Counted from the stretch's first letter, positions 48,275 through 59,700 are shown. The stretch is DNA of 64,000 bases from an uncultured Gemmataceae bacterium (GCA_963750165.1 CAVVPN010000011.1:2272001-2336000), one strand, 5' to 3'. Numbers and translations are program-made. The notes: a model not told the origin generated them from the sequence alone.

Positions 48275-49237
48275 ATGAACGAGGCAACCAACCGGCGGCG
48301 ATTTCTCCGACAACTGCTGGGCGCCGCGGCGGCCGCGGGCATCGCGGCCCGGAGCCACGCGGCCCCCGTGCAGCAGGCCCAGGGCCCACCGCCCATCGTG
48401 GACACGCACCTGCACCTGTGGGATCTGAAGCACTTTACGCTGCCCTGGATTCAAAAGGGTTCGCCGCTGAACCGCAGTTACGTCATGAAGGACTGGCTGA
48501 CCGCGACCGCCGGCCTCAACGTCGTCAAGGCGGTCTACATGGAAGTTGATGTGAATCCCAAGCAGCAGGTCGCCGAGGCGGAATACGTCACGGACCTCTG
48601 CCGTCAGGGCAAGACGCCAATGGTCGCCGCCGTCATCTCCGGCCGTCCCGCCGCCGCCGACTTTGGCCAGTATCTCAACCGCTTCAAGGGCAACGCCCAC
48701 ATCAAGGGCGTCCGCCAGGTGCTGCACACGCCGGCCACGCCCGCGGGCTTCTGCCTGGGCGAAGCGTTCGTCAAGGGCGTTCGCCTGCTGGGCGAACGCG
48801 GTCTGAGCTTCGACCTGTGCCTGCGGCCGACCGACCTGCGCGACGGCCTCAAGCTGTCCGAGGCGTGCCCCAGCACGCGCTTCATCCTGGACCACTGCGG
48901 CAACGGCCCGGTGTTCACGAAGGACCGTAGCCAGTGGCAAAAGGACATGGCCGCGTTGGCGCAGCGCAAGAACGTTGTCTGCAAGGTATCGGGCATCGTC
49001 GCCCAGTGCCGGCCCGGCAAATGGACCGCCAACGATCTGGCCCCGGTCGTCAACCACACGCTGGACGTATTCGGGCCGGACCGGGTCATGTTCGCCGGCG
49101 ATTGGCCGGTGTGTACGCTCGGGGCGACGTACCGCCAGTGGGTCGAGGCGCTCCGCCAGATCGTGCGACAGCGGCCGCTCGCCCAGCAACGGCGGCTGTT
49201 CCACGACAACGCCGTGGCCTTCTACGGCCTGAAGTGA
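48275..49237 (+). CDS. Amidohydrolase 2 family protein (L-fuconolactonase-like) with Tat signal
   Basis: NRRRFL, IVDTHLHLWD, LDHCG, CKVSG, FGPDRVMFAGDWPV. Confidence 0.88.
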   Translation: MNEATNRRRFLRQLLGAAAAAGIAARSHAAPVQQAQGPPPIVDTHLHLWDLKHFTLPWIQKGSPLNRSYVMKDWLTATAGLNVVKAVYMEVDVNPKQQVAEAEYVTDLCRQGKTPMVAAVISGRPAAADFGQYLNRFKGNAHIKGVRQVLHTPATPAGFCLGEAFVKGVRLLGERGLSFDLCLRPTDLRDGLKLSEACPSTRFILDHCGNGPVFTKDRSQWQKDMAALAQRKNVVCKVSGIVAQCRPGKWTANDLAPVVNHTLDVFGPDRVMFAGDWPVCTLGATYRQWVEALRQIVRQRPLAQQRRLFHDNAVAFYGLK

Positions 49238-49241
49238 CGTT

Positions 49242-49379
49242 ATGGACGAACCCACCCTGGACACGCGGCAACTGGTCCGCTGCCTCGAACGGATGCGCCG
49301 TAGCGACGCGCAGGCGCGCGACGAGTTGCTGAACCACGTCTGCGCCTCGCTGGAGGACATGAAGGAGTACATGGAGTGA
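49242..49379 (+). pseudogene. Truncated ECF sigma factor N-terminal fragment
   Basis: MDEPTLDTRQLVRCLERMRRSDAQARDELLNHVC resembles the start of Planctomycete ECF sigma factors; stops after 45 aa. Confidence 0.5.
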
Positions 49380-49422
49380 ACTTGCTCCTGGACTCGCATA
49401 CGCCCCGCTGTTCTTGATCCTT

Positions 49423-50214
49423 TCACGGCACCAGCCAGAAGTACACGCCCAGCAGCACCCCCGCTCCCAGCGACAGCGCCCCCAGGCCCAGCCAGCGCCG
49501 CGTCTTGAGCGACGCCAGCAAGATCAAGCCCGTCAAACCCAAACACACCATCAGCACCGCGGCGCTGTCGATGACCCACGGCCACGCCCATCCCGGATGG
49601 CGATGGCTCGCCTTGCCGCGGTGCAGATCCGCCAGCCGCCCGGCCAGGTTGAATGTCTGATAGACCACCTCCAGGTCGCCGGCTTTGCGCGCCTTCCTGG
49701 TCTCCGCGTCCGGGGGCTGCTCACCGTCCTTGCCGTTGGCACCTTCCACGGGGGCGTTGTCGCCGGGTGGCGGGTCGTCGCCCTTGCGCTCGATGTTGAC
49801 GTGGACTTCGCGGCCCGGGGCTTTGAACCGCACCCGGATCTGATTCTCGTCGATCTCGAAGCCGCTTTCCCTGTCCTCTTCCTCGTCGATGTCGAGGGGC
49901 AGGGTGATGCCGTACCCCTTGCGCAGTTGCTCCACCACGCGGAGTTTGTCCACCGGTTCGCGCAGGAGGGCAGGCGGCAAGGTGCCGAACTCCTTGTGTT
50001 CGTCGGCCTCCCGCTGTTGCAGCCAGTCGGGATGGTTGAGGAGCAGCCCGGTCAGGCCGAATAAGAGCAGCACCAGCAGGCCGAACATGCTCACCACCAG
50101 GTGCGCCAGCCGGGCTGACTTCATCAGCCAGCGGTACAGCGTGTGGCCCAGATTCTGCAACGCCGGGCGGTCCACGCGTGCCGCCGGGCCGAGCTTCGGG
50201 GTACTCACCGCCAT
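49423..50214 (-). CDS. PepSY-associated TM helix protein
   Basis: RLAHLVVSM..FGLTGLLLNHPDW..LADLHRGK..WVIDSAA..LTGL. Confidence 0.82.
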   Translation of the reverse strand: MAVSTPKLGPAARVDRPALQNLGHTLYRWLMKSARLAHLVVSMFGLLVLLLFGLTGLLLNHPDWLQQREADEHKEFGTLPPALLREPVDKLRVVEQLRKGYGITLPLDIDEEEDRESGFEIDENQIRVRFKAPGREVHVNIERKGDDPPPGDNAPVEGANGKDGEQPPDAETRKARKAGDLEVVYQTFNLAGRLADLHRGKASHRHPGWAWPWVIDSAAVLMVCLGLTGLILLASLKTRRWLGLGALSLGAGVLLGVYFWLVP

Positions 50215-50216
50215 GA

Positions 50217-51762
50217 CTACTTCCCCTTCGGCCCGTAGCGCACCTGCGTCTCCGCCGTCTCCGCCGTCTTCGCCAGTGTGATGCTGACCGGGTCGGGGCC
50301 GCCGCACTTCAGCGAACCCGTCTGCCGCACGTACTTGCCGTGCTCGCGGTGGACCTCCACCTGCACCTTGTACGTGGCCGGTTCGACCGGCATTTTCCTG
50401 TCGTCCAGGCCGTCCCAGACAACGGTGTACTTGCCGGCCGGCCGCGTCGCCCGCGTCACCGCATTGACGAACTTCGTGTCCTTGCCGTGCAACTTCCACC
50501 ACTGATACAGCTGCGGCTGCCAGCGCGGCTGCCGGCCCCAGACCTCCAGGGTCCGCACCGGCTTGCCTTGTGCGTCCTCGATCCAGACGGCGACATAAGG
50601 CCGCTTGGGCCGCTGCTTCGCCGGGATCAACGTGAACGTGATCGCCACCTGGTTGGCCGCCGGCCACTTGCCGGCCTGGGCCCTATCCTTGTCCTTCTCC
50701 TCCTGCTCCGCGACCTCGTAGGCGGCGAAGCCGGCGCTGCGATACCCCTTGCCATCGGCGCCGATCACCAGGCAGGCGGCGCCCGGCGTCGCCTCGACCA
50801 ACCGCACGCCCTCCGCGGGTGACAGCACGCACAGCGTCGTGGCCAGAGCGTTGGCGATGGTGCTGTCGCGCGCGATGACGGTGCTGCTGGCGACGCCCGC
50901 CGCGGGCCGGCCGGTGCGCGGGTCGAAGATATGCGAGTAGCGCTGGCCCTGGATCGTGTAGTAGCGCTCGTAGGCGGCGCTGGTAGCCACGGCGGCGTCA
51001 CGCAACCGCACGCGCGTCAGCGGCGGCGCGTTGTGCTCCGGCCGCCGCGGGTCCGCCACGCCGATGTGCCAGCCCTGGCGGAATCCGTCCGCGTCGCCCA
51101 GGGCCATCAGGTCGCCGCCCAGGTTCACGAGCAGGCCGCGCACGCCCGGCACCTCCTCCTTCGCCTTGCGCCGCCCGGCTCAGGATGTAACCGCGGCCGA
51201 TGGCGTTGACGTTGATCTGCTGGTCCGTCAGGCGCGTCACCGTGCCCGCCGCCGCGTCGATGCGCCACGCCGGCCGGGCCACGCGCTCCACCAGCGCCCG
51301 CAGGGCCGTGTCGTCCGGCAGCCGATTCTGCTTCTCCGCCTCCTTCCAGGTGCGGACCAGCTCGCCCAGCTGACCGTTGAGGGCGCCGCCGCTGCGCCGC
51401 TGCCAGACCTCGTACTGAGCGAGCACGTCGAGCAACTCGGGCGCGCACGGCACCGGGCCGGTTGTGCGGTTGACCCGGCTGATCGCGCTGGCCGGGTCGT
51501 AGGTGCTCAGCAGCCGCCGCAGCCGTTCGATCTCGTCCAGGACGACCCGCTCGCACCGGCGGGCCTCGTCGGCGTCGGCGGTGACCACCACCAGGTCGAG
51601 CGAGGTGCCAAGGATGTTCTCGTGCTGGAAGGTGAACTCGCGCGGCGTCGCCGGCACACCGGCGGGCAGCCAGTTCATCAAGCCGAACAGGCCCAGCAAG
51701 CCGGCGAGCACGACGACATAACGGAAGCGGTGGGATGGCTGCGGCGGTCGTTTGGGGGCCAC
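50217..51762 (-). CDS. apbE: FAD:protein FMN transferase ApbE fused to DUF2271-like domain, frameshift near 51170
   Basis: ENILGT, LSTYDPASAISRVN, AIGRGY, VNLGGD, VATSAAYER, SHIFDPRTG; C-terminal RPYVAVWIED..TRATRPAGKYTVVWDG..EVHREHG. Confidence 0.85.
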
Positions 51763-52106
51763 GGCAAGTCTCCTTAACGGGTATCTGAACGGCCTGGCTG
51801 GAAAAGGCCGCAGAGTGGTTGGCGGGATTTTGGGAGAGGGGCCCGGCCAGCTTTCCAATTCAACCCCGCGCATCCGGCGAGGTCTCGGAAGCAACCGCCA
51901 GGCCATCTTACGAATCGGACAGTGCCTCGACCGCGCAGCGTGCATAAAATCTTCTTCATGATGGCGAGGGCACCCGCGGCAGAATGCCATTGACGCGGCC
52001 CCACAAACCCGGACAATAACGTGGCGAACCCGGCTTCTTCCTGGTCGCATTCGGTCAGCTGCGCGGACAGTTGGTCCTGTCCCTGGCGAAAGAGTAGCGG
52101 TCGATC

Positions 52107-52640
52107 ATGGGTGGTTCCACGGACAACCAGGCAGCAGACGACCCCACCGCTGCGTCGGCCCCGGCCGACCGGAGCGACACCACGGCCAAGAACCTGGTCG
52201 TGCCGCTGCCCGAATTCCTGCAAGAAATTCACGCTACCCTGCAGCGCGCCGAACAGGCGTACGCACGTGGCGACCTCGACCAGACCGTCCGCTGCGCCGA
52301 GGAGGGCCTGATCATTCTGCGCCTGCCCTTGCCGCGGTCGTCCAAGGCGCCGGTGCCGCCGCAGTACGAACTGTTTTTCCGCTGCTTCCAGAATCACGAA
52401 GTGTATCGGACGGCCCTGGCCCTGTACAAGCAGGGGCTGCTGCAACTGCGTCGCCCTGGAGCGGAAGCGGCCGCCCGGCAGGCGTGGCGGCGGGCCTGGG
52501 ATCTCCTGGAGGGGCCCTTCGCCAACCTCGACGAGCGGCTGGCGCTGACCGCCGGCACCACTGACTTTCCCGTGGCCGGCCGGGTGCTGCGCGGTCTGCT
52601 CCGCCTGCGGCAGAAGCTCCGAGAGCACCTGCTCGGCTGA
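52107..52640 (+). CDS. Hypothetical helical protein
   Basis: 177 aa ORF with genome-like codon usage. Confidence 0.55.
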   Translation: MGGSTDNQAADDPTAASAPADRSDTTAKNLVVPLPEFLQEIHATLQRAEQAYARGDLDQTVRCAEEGLIILRLPLPRSSKAPVPPQYELFFRCFQNHEVYRTALALYKQGLLQLRRPGAEAAARQAWRRAWDLLEGPFANLDERLALTAGTTDFPVAGRVLRGLLRLRQKLREHLLG

Positions 52641-52825
52641 CCGCCGCCTCCCACCCGCTATCGGCGGCAGGTTCGACAGCCATCCGGTCCTTTTCCCTGT
52701 TGTCGCCGGCCGGTCTCTTGTCCGGATGCGCCCGCCGCGGTAGGATCGAAAGGCGGGCCCGTGAGGGCCCGATCAGCCGACCGCCCTCCTTCAGGGCCGG
52801 TCGCCGCCTGACCCGGATGGACACC

Positions 52826-53305
52826 ATGCCGCCCCAACTCCTGGCCCTGACCGAGGGCCCGAACATCTCCCTGAACAAGCCCATCGTGCTGCTCGGCCGG
52901 CACCAGGAGTGCGATATTCAACTCGTCTCGCGCAAGGTGTCGCGCCGCCACTGCTGCATCGCCCAGGTCGAGAACTACCTGGTGGTGCGCGACCTGGGCA
53001 GCACCAACGGCATTCGCATTAACGGCGTCCGCGTTCTGGAGGGTTGTCTCAAGGAGGGGGACGAGCTAACCATCGGCAACCACCGCTATCAGGTGCAGTG
53101 GCACGCCGCCCCGCCGCCCCCGCCGCCGCCGCGCGGCCCCGCCATCGGCCGGGAAGCCAGCCGTATCCTGCGCTCCCCGGAAGAGGACGACCGGCTCGAA
53201 TCCTGCGACGACCCGGTGCCGCTGACCGAACCGCCCCGCCTGCCGCCGGCGGTGCCCGAGAACCTCGAACTGTTGCCACCCGGGGAGTCGTCAGGGGTGC
53301 GGTGA
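52826..53305 (+). CDS. FHA domain protein
   Basis: LLGRHQECD, VSRRHC, RDLGSTNGIRING, GDELTIG. Confidence 0.9.
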   Translation: MPPQLLALTEGPNISLNKPIVLLGRHQECDIQLVSRKVSRRHCCIAQVENYLVVRDLGSTNGIRINGVRVLEGCLKEGDELTIGNHRYQVQWHAAPPPPPPPRGPAIGREASRILRSPEEDDRLESCDDPVPLTEPPRLPPAVPENLELLPPGESSGVR

Positions 53306-53308
53306 AAG

Positions 53309-53430
53309 TTCACCACGGAGCACGCGGAACCCGCAGAGAAAAGACAGAAGAGGATCCACCGATAACACAGATAAAGACATTTGAATTTATCTTTGTCTGT
53401 GTTATCGGTGGATCCTCTTCTGTCTTTTCT
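53309..53430. repeat. CCACAGATGACACAGAT-family palindrome with TTCACCACGGAG half-site
   Basis: aagacagaagaggatccaccgataacacaga / tctgtgttatcggtggatcctcttctgtctt. Confidence 0.8.
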
Positions 53431-53451
53431 CTGGCGGTGCGGTGCGGTGTG

Positions 53452-53884
53452 TCACCGTTTATCGGAGCGCTGGAACAGCACGTCGGCGCTGAACAGGCCC
53501 GGGCCGTTGGCGATGATGAGCAGCATGGCCCCGGCCAGTGAGGCGTTTTTCAGGAAGTTGCCCATCTGCATTTGCTGCTGCTGCGGGTCGGTGTAGTTCC
53601 AGAAGTCGTGGAAGATCGGCGTCACCGCAGCCAGGAAGATGAGCAGGAGCAGCGCCCCGATGCGGGCGCAGGCCGAGGATGACGGACAGGCTGCCGAGCA
53701 CCAGGAACACGATGGCCCCGGCCAGCAGCACCTGACCCAGCGGTGCGGGCAGGCCTTTCGGGGCCATGAAATTGTCCACGGTCGCGTTGAACTCCATGGC
53801 GTGGCCGGCGGCGCTCGCCAGAAAGATGCCGCACAACAGTACACGCCCGACCAGTGTCAGCAGCCCCTGCACAACGTACGGCAT
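53452..53884 (-). CDS. DoxX family membrane protein, frameshift near 53670
   Basis: GRVLLCGIFL..LGSLSVILG / RIGALLLLIFL..TPIFHDFW..FLKN.SLAG..GPG.FS.D. Confidence 0.83.
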
Positions 53885-53895
53885 CACCGGACTCC

Positions 53896-54587
53896 TTACG
53901 CAAGGTCGAAGAGCATCACCTCCGCCGCGCCCGCGACACGCAGGGCGGGTTCGCCGCTGACCGCCAGCCCGTCGCCGGCAACGAGGCGCTGGCCGTTCAC
54001 GTCGGCGCTGCCGCGCAGCACCTGCAGCCAGGCGTGCCGCCCGGCTGTCAGCGCGTAATCCAGCGGCTTGCCTTCTTCCACGTCCGCCAGGAACACCCGT
54101 GCGTCCTGGTGAATGGTCAGCGCCCGTCGGCGCCGTCGGGCGCCGCCACCAGCTGCCAGCGGCCGCGGCGATTCGCCGGATCGAAGGCGCGCTGATCGTA
54201 GCTGGGCCGCAAACCGCGGCGGTCGGGCAACAGCCAGATTTGATACAAATGCACCGGCTCCGTGGCCGACGGGTTGAACTCGCTGTGCCGCACGCCCGTG
54301 CCCGCGGTCATGTGCTGCAACTCGCCGGGCCGGATAATGGCGCCGGTGCCCAGGCTGTCCTTGTGCTCCAGCTGGCCCGCCAGGACGTAGGTCAAAATCT
54401 CCATGTCCTGGTGGCCGTGCATGCCGAAGCCGCGGCCCGGCTGCACGCGATCCTCGTTCAGCACGCGCAGCGCCCGAAAGCCCATGTGTCCTTCATCATA
54501 ATAGTCCGCGAAGGAGAAGGTGTAATAGGTATCCAGCCAGCCGTGGTCGGCGTGGCCCCGGTCCTGTCTGCGACGCACTCGCAACAT
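53896..54587 (-). CDS. Pirin family protein (YhhW-like), frameshift near 54120
   Basis: RGHADHGWL, LRVLNED, GFGMHGHQDMEI, HKDSLG, AGTGVRHSE, YQIW; C-terminus MLFDLA in a second frame. Confidence 0.9.
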
Positions 54588-54713
54588 GGCTCACCTTCCT
54601 GAGATCAGGTAAAACAGCATGGTAACTCGACCGGTTGCCCCGGTCCTCAATTAGTTTACATGTCAACTATTTGCAAGTCAAGGCGCCGGGAGTGGACGAA
54701 CGAGGGCGGAACC

Positions 54714-55898
54714 ATGCGGATTGCGATCAGCGGCGCCGGCGTTGCCGGCCCAACCCTGGCGTACTGGCTCCAGCGTAGCGGCCACGAGCCGACGCTGATC
54801 GAGAAGGCCCCGCACTTCCGCACGGGCGGCTACGTCGTCGATTTCTGGGGCGTGGGCTACACGGTGGCGGAACGGATGGGCATCCTGCCGGAGCTGCACA
54901 AGGCCGGTTACTCGGTGCGGGAGCTGCGCATCGTCAATGACCGCGGCCGCAAGGTAGGCGGGTTCACCGTGGATCGTATGCGCCGCATCCTGAAGGACCG
55001 TTTCACGAGTCTGCCGCGCGGCGACCTCGCCGCCGCGATCTACGGGACGGTCGCGGGGCGGGTCGAAACGATCTTCGGCGACAGCATCTCGGCCATCGAG
55101 GAGCGCGCGGCTGACGTACTCGTCTCGTTCACGCACGGCGGGCCGCGGTCGTTTGATCTGGTGATCGGCGCCGACGGTCTGCACTCGGCCGTGCGCGGCC
55201 TCGCCTTCGGCTCCGAGGCTCAGTTTGAACAGCAACTCGGCTATCACGTCGCCGCCTTTGCGGTCGCGGGCTACCGGCCGCGCGACGAACTCGTTTACGT
55301 CAGTTACTCGACGCCCGGAAAGCAGATTGCGCGCTTCGCCCTGCGCGGCGACCGGACGCTGTTCCTTTTCGTCTTCGCCGACGAACACCTGAAGGGCTCG
55401 GAGCCGCACGGCCGCGCCGAACGGCAGGCGCTCCTGCGCCGCGTTTTCGAGGACGACGGCTGGGAATGTCCTCACATGCTGCGAGCGCTGGATTCGGTCG
55501 AGGAGCTGTATTTTGACCGCGTCAGTCAGATCAGGATGCCGGAGTGGTCGAGGGGTCGGGTGGCACTCGTCGGGGACGCGGCCGTCTGCGTGTCGCTGCT
55601 GGCGGGCGAGGGGTGCGGGCTGGCAATGGCCGCGGCGTATGTGCTGGCCGGGGAGCTGCACCGCGCCGGCCAGGACTACCGGGAAGCGTTTCGCCGCTAC
55701 GAGCAGCGACTGCGGCCGTTCATCGAGGGCAAACAACAAGCCGCACGCAGGTTCGGCGCCGCGTTCGCACCGAAGACGTGGTTCGGAATCTGGTTCCGCA
55801 ACCAGGTGAGCCGGCTGCTGGGACTGCCGCTGATCGCCGACTTTTTTCTCACCCGCGAAATCCGCGACAACTTCGACCTGCCGGATTACGGGCTGTGA
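54714..55898 (+). CDS. FAD-dependent monooxygenase/oxidoreductase
   Basis: ISGAGVAG, IGADGLHS, LVGDAA..GEG. Confidence 0.88.
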   Translation: MRIAISGAGVAGPTLAYWLQRSGHEPTLIEKAPHFRTGGYVVDFWGVGYTVAERMGILPELHKAGYSVRELRIVNDRGRKVGGFTVDRMRRILKDRFTSLPRGDLAAAIYGTVAGRVETIFGDSISAIEERAADVLVSFTHGGPRSFDLVIGADGLHSAVRGLAFGSEAQFEQQLGYHVAAFAVAGYRPRDELVYVSYSTPGKQIARFALRGDRTLFLFVFADEHLKGSEPHGRAERQALLRRVFEDDGWECPHMLRALDSVEELYFDRVSQIRMPEWSRGRVALVGDAAVCVSLLAGEGCGLAMAAAYVLAGELHRAGQDYREAFRRYEQRLRPFIEGKQQAARRFGAAFAPKTWFGIWFRNQVSRLLGLPLIADFFLTREIRDNFDLPDYGL

Positions 55899-55909
55899 CG
55901 CGGCGGCGG

Positions 55910-56383
55910 TCAGTCCTGGTCGCGCTGGCACTCGTCGAAGAGGTGACGGGCGGCGCGGCCGCTGATTTCGCCGAGCCGCAGCAGTTCCGCGGCCAGGCGT
56001 TCGACCGCGCGCCAGTTGCCGGGCCGGCTCAACAGGTACTCCGCCTTGGACAGCAGGCGGCGTTCCAGGCGTTCGGCCTGTTTGGCGCTGCCGGTGCGCT
56101 CACGGGCCAGGTCGAGCGCGAACTGACGGTCGCGGTCGGCCTCCTCCCAGGCGTAGTCGCCGGTGTGCAGCGCCTCCGCGGCGAGGCCGGCCAGGGCGAT
56201 GAGGATTTCGCGCTCGACCCAGTCCTCGGAGGGCCGGAAGACCGGCTTGCGGAAGTGACAGATGCCGAGTTCTTTCGTCGTCGCGCGGACGGAGACGCGG
56301 TCCACGGGGCGGCCCAGCGCCAGGGCCATGACGGCGTGGCCGGCTTCGTGGTAGGCGGTGGCGGTGGTGGGAGTGTCGTCCAT
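55910..56383 (-). CDS. Stand-alone M41(FtsH)-like metallopeptidase domain
   Basis: TAYHEAGHAV, LAGLAAE, VERLAAELL..GEISG. Confidence 0.8.
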   Translation of the reverse strand: MDDTPTTATAYHEAGHAVMALALGRPVDRVSVRATTKELGICHFRKPVFRPSEDWVEREILIALAGLAAEALHTGDYAWEEADRDRQFALDLARERTGSAKQAERLERRLLSKAEYLLSRPGNWRAVERLAAELLRLGEISGRAARHLFDECQRDQD

Positions 56384-56440
56384 TGCAAGTGGCTCGCGTA
56401 GTCGGCGGTTGGGCAGTGTTCCGATACTACCTCAGTGGAA

Positions 56441-56719
56441 TCAAGTGGGGTCCACCGACCAAACCTCTGTACCGACCGGGACCGCTTCCTTCTCCAAACC
56501 CACGAGCAGGAGAACAACGTCATGATGCGCTCTCGGACCGCTTATCAGTCCCAGGCCACCGATCCGCCAGGCAAGCGTTGTCTCGTCGGGACGGACGAGC
56601 AGAATGGGATCACCGATTCGGAACACCTCGTCGCCTTGCGGCACCACCCCCGGGACCGGCATCAAGCCCCGGCCTCGGATCATGAATGTGTCCTTGACGG
56701 TGAACAGTCGCCGTGCCAT
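56441..56719 (-). CDS. Small hypothetical beta-barrel protein (EF-Tu domain II-like)
   Basis: FTVKDTFMIRGRG..FRIGD..VPVGTEVW. Confidence 0.55.
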   Translation of the reverse strand: MARRLFTVKDTFMIRGRGLMPVPGVVPQGDEVFRIGDPILLVRPDETTLAWRIGGLGLISGPRAHHDVVLLLVGLEKEAVPVGTEVWSVDPT

Positions 56720-56768
56720 CGAACGGACTCGCTTTCGCAGAATCGGTTGTGGCCAACCCCCGATATGC

Positions 56769-59700
56769 TCAACGCTGAAACCGTTTCGCCACCGTCGAGC
56801 CGTTGTTCAGCTCGAAGCGATAGCCGTCGCTGAACGCATCGACAAACTCTTCCTGATGCGACACCAGCAGAATGCAGCGCATCTGATTCCGCAGATTTTT
56901 CAGCTCCTCAATCATCACTTGCCGGCCGTGGCGGTCGAGGCAGCCGAAGCCCTCGTCGATGATGACCGACTCGATGGGCCGGTGCTGTTTGCTGGCGTAC
57001 TGGCCGATGCCGAGCGCCAGGCTGACCGCGACGCGGAATTTCTGACTGCCGCTGAGGAACGCGACGTTGATCGGCTTCTCGCCGGTGACGCGGTTGTGGA
57101 CCTCCAGTTCCAGCGCCTTCGCGGTGTTGCCCTCGCCGCCGGCCTCGCCCGCCAGCCGCAACCGCAGCTGGCCGCCGGAGAGCCGGTCCAGCACGGCGTT
57201 GGCAAAATCGACCACCTGCCGCTCCGCCTGCCGTACCAGGTGCAGTTGCAGCCGGTCGCGGCCCAGTAACTCCGCCAGCAATTTGCTCTCCGTAAACTCC
57301 TGATCGACCTGCCGGTTTTTCTCCTCCAGTTCCTGGCGCTTCTGGTGCTGTCGCTCCAGTTCCTCCTTGCGATGCTGCTTCGCGACCAGTTGCTGCTCGC
57401 ACGCCGTCCGCGTTTGCTGCGCCGCTTTCAACCGCACCTGCATCTCCGCCACCGGCTGCCGCGCCTCCTCGGCGAACTGCTCCTGCTCCTGTTCCAGATT
57501 GTCCTGATCCTGCTTCAACAAATCGAGTCCGCCCTGCGCCTGCGACAATTTGCGCGCGCGCTCGTCGGTCTGCTTGCGCGTCAGGTCATCGACCTCCTGC
57601 TTGAGCAGGTTCAGCTCGGTCATGCCGGCCCGCTCCGCCTTCGGCCGCCACGCTTCCGACAGCTCGCGCAGCGTCCGCTCCAGCGTGTGCTGACACTGCT
57701 TGCGCGTCGCTTCCTCGGAGTGCAAACCGTTGGTCACGTCGCCGAGCAGCCGCTGTGTCTTCTCGCGCTGCTGCGCCAGCCTGTCGAGTTGCTGTTGCAC
57801 CTCATCGGCCTCGCGCCGCCGGGCGCGCAAGGTCTTGTCCAGCGTCTGCTCATCCGTCTCCAGCCGGGCATGGTCGCGGCGCAGCGGCTCGCGGTCCCGC
57901 GGCAACTCCGCCAGCACGCGCGCCAGGTTCTGCTGCACCGTCGCCTCGCGCGCCTTGGCCTGGGTCCACTTCTGCAACCGGTCCTCCGCGTCGCGCAGCG
58001 TCTTCTTGACGCCGTCCAGTTCGCGCGTCTGCCGCCGCAGTTTTTCCAGGTCGCTCTCCTGCGGGAACGCGGTCGCGCACCAGTCCTCCGGCGGCGTTGG
58101 GCTGACCTGGTTGCGGAACGGCTCGGTCAGATCGTGGTACGTCACGCCGCACTCACGCTCCAGCCGCTCCACGTCCTTGACGGCCTGGTCCGCCTGCGCC
58201 TTGCGCTCGCGGTACTCCTCGCGCGCCTCGCGCAGGTGCTGAGTCGCCTCCTCGTATTGCTTGCGCAGCTGGCTCTCCTGCGCTTTCTTCGCCTTCTGCG
58301 TCGTCGTCGCCGCTGCCAGCTGCTCCTCCGCCTCCGACAGCGCTTTCGTGCGCCGCTTCTTCTCGTCCTGGAGGTGATTCGGCGTCAACTCCTGGCCGCA
58401 GTGCCGGCACACCTTCGCCCCGCCCAGCTTCAGCAACTCGTCCAGGTGGCCCTTTGCCTGGTCGCGCAGCGTCCGGGCTGTGGTCGCTGTCTCGTCCGCC
58501 TGCTGCCGCGTCTGCGTCGCCTCCTCCAGCAGCCCCTTGAACCGCTCGACCTCCAGCCCCACCTGTTTGCCGCGCGCGAAAATCGTCTGCATGTCTGCCG
58601 ACGACTTGCCGGCGCGCTCGCGGCCCTGGCGCAACTCGTCGCGCAGCGTGTGCAGCCGGCCGAGCAGCGGCAGCGCGCTGGCCTGCGTCGCCAGCTGGTC
58701 GTGCTGCTCGCGCGCCTGCCGCACCGCCGCCTCCGGGTCCGCCCCAACCTGGGCCAGTTCCTCGCGAACACGCTTCAGGTCGTTCTCCTGCTGCTCGCTC
58801 TCCTTGAGCTTGACGATCAGCGCCGCAACTTTGCGCAAGTCCGCCGTCACCTGCCGCAGTTGTTGCTCCTCATCGGCGATCTGCTTCTGGTACAGCGTGC
58901 GCTTCTGCCGCGCCTGCTCCAGTGCCTGATCGTGCGTCACCAGGTCACCGTCGAGTTTCTCCTTGCGCTTCGTCAACTCGGCCGTCTTGCGCTCCGACTC
59001 CTGGACGTAGCCGCGCTGCTCCAGCACCACCTGCATCTTCGGCAGTACCAGCCGCAGTTCCGCCAACCGGTCCACGTCACGCTTGATGGCCACCGCGTCC
59101 GCGAGCAAGCGCTGCGCCTCCTGCCAGCGCTTGCGGGCCGCCTCCAGGCGCGCTTGCAACTCCGCCCACTGCTTCGCCTGGTACTCCAGCTGCTGCCAGC
59201 GCTCGACCTGCTCCTGCGCCTGCTGTTTCGCCGTCTCCGCCGCGGCGATGTCACCCTCGGCCTCCAGCAGGTCGATGGCGCTGACCGCCGGTAACGAGTT
59301 CAGCTGGCCACGCATCTCTTTGAGGCGGTCGTCCAGTGTCTTGCGCTCCTCGTCGGCGCGCTCGTGCAGTTTGCGGAAGCGCTCCAGATCGACGATGCCT
59401 GCCAGCACCTCGAAGCGGCCCTTGGCGGTCGAGTCCAGCAGCTTTTCCGCCCGCCCTTGCAACAGCAGCACCGACGACGTGAACGTCTCGTAACTCAGGC
59501 CGATGTGCTGAGAAATCCATTCGTCAAAGCCGGTCATGAGGTTGGTGCCCTCGACCGGCTCCCAGCCGCCGACCGCCAGACCGCGCGCAATCTGCTGGGC
59601 GCCGCGGCCCTTGCCCTGCTTGGTGCGCTGGATGGTGCGAGCGATCTGGAACGGCTTGCCGTCGATGGTGAACTCGAACGTGATGCTAGCCTTGTCGCTG

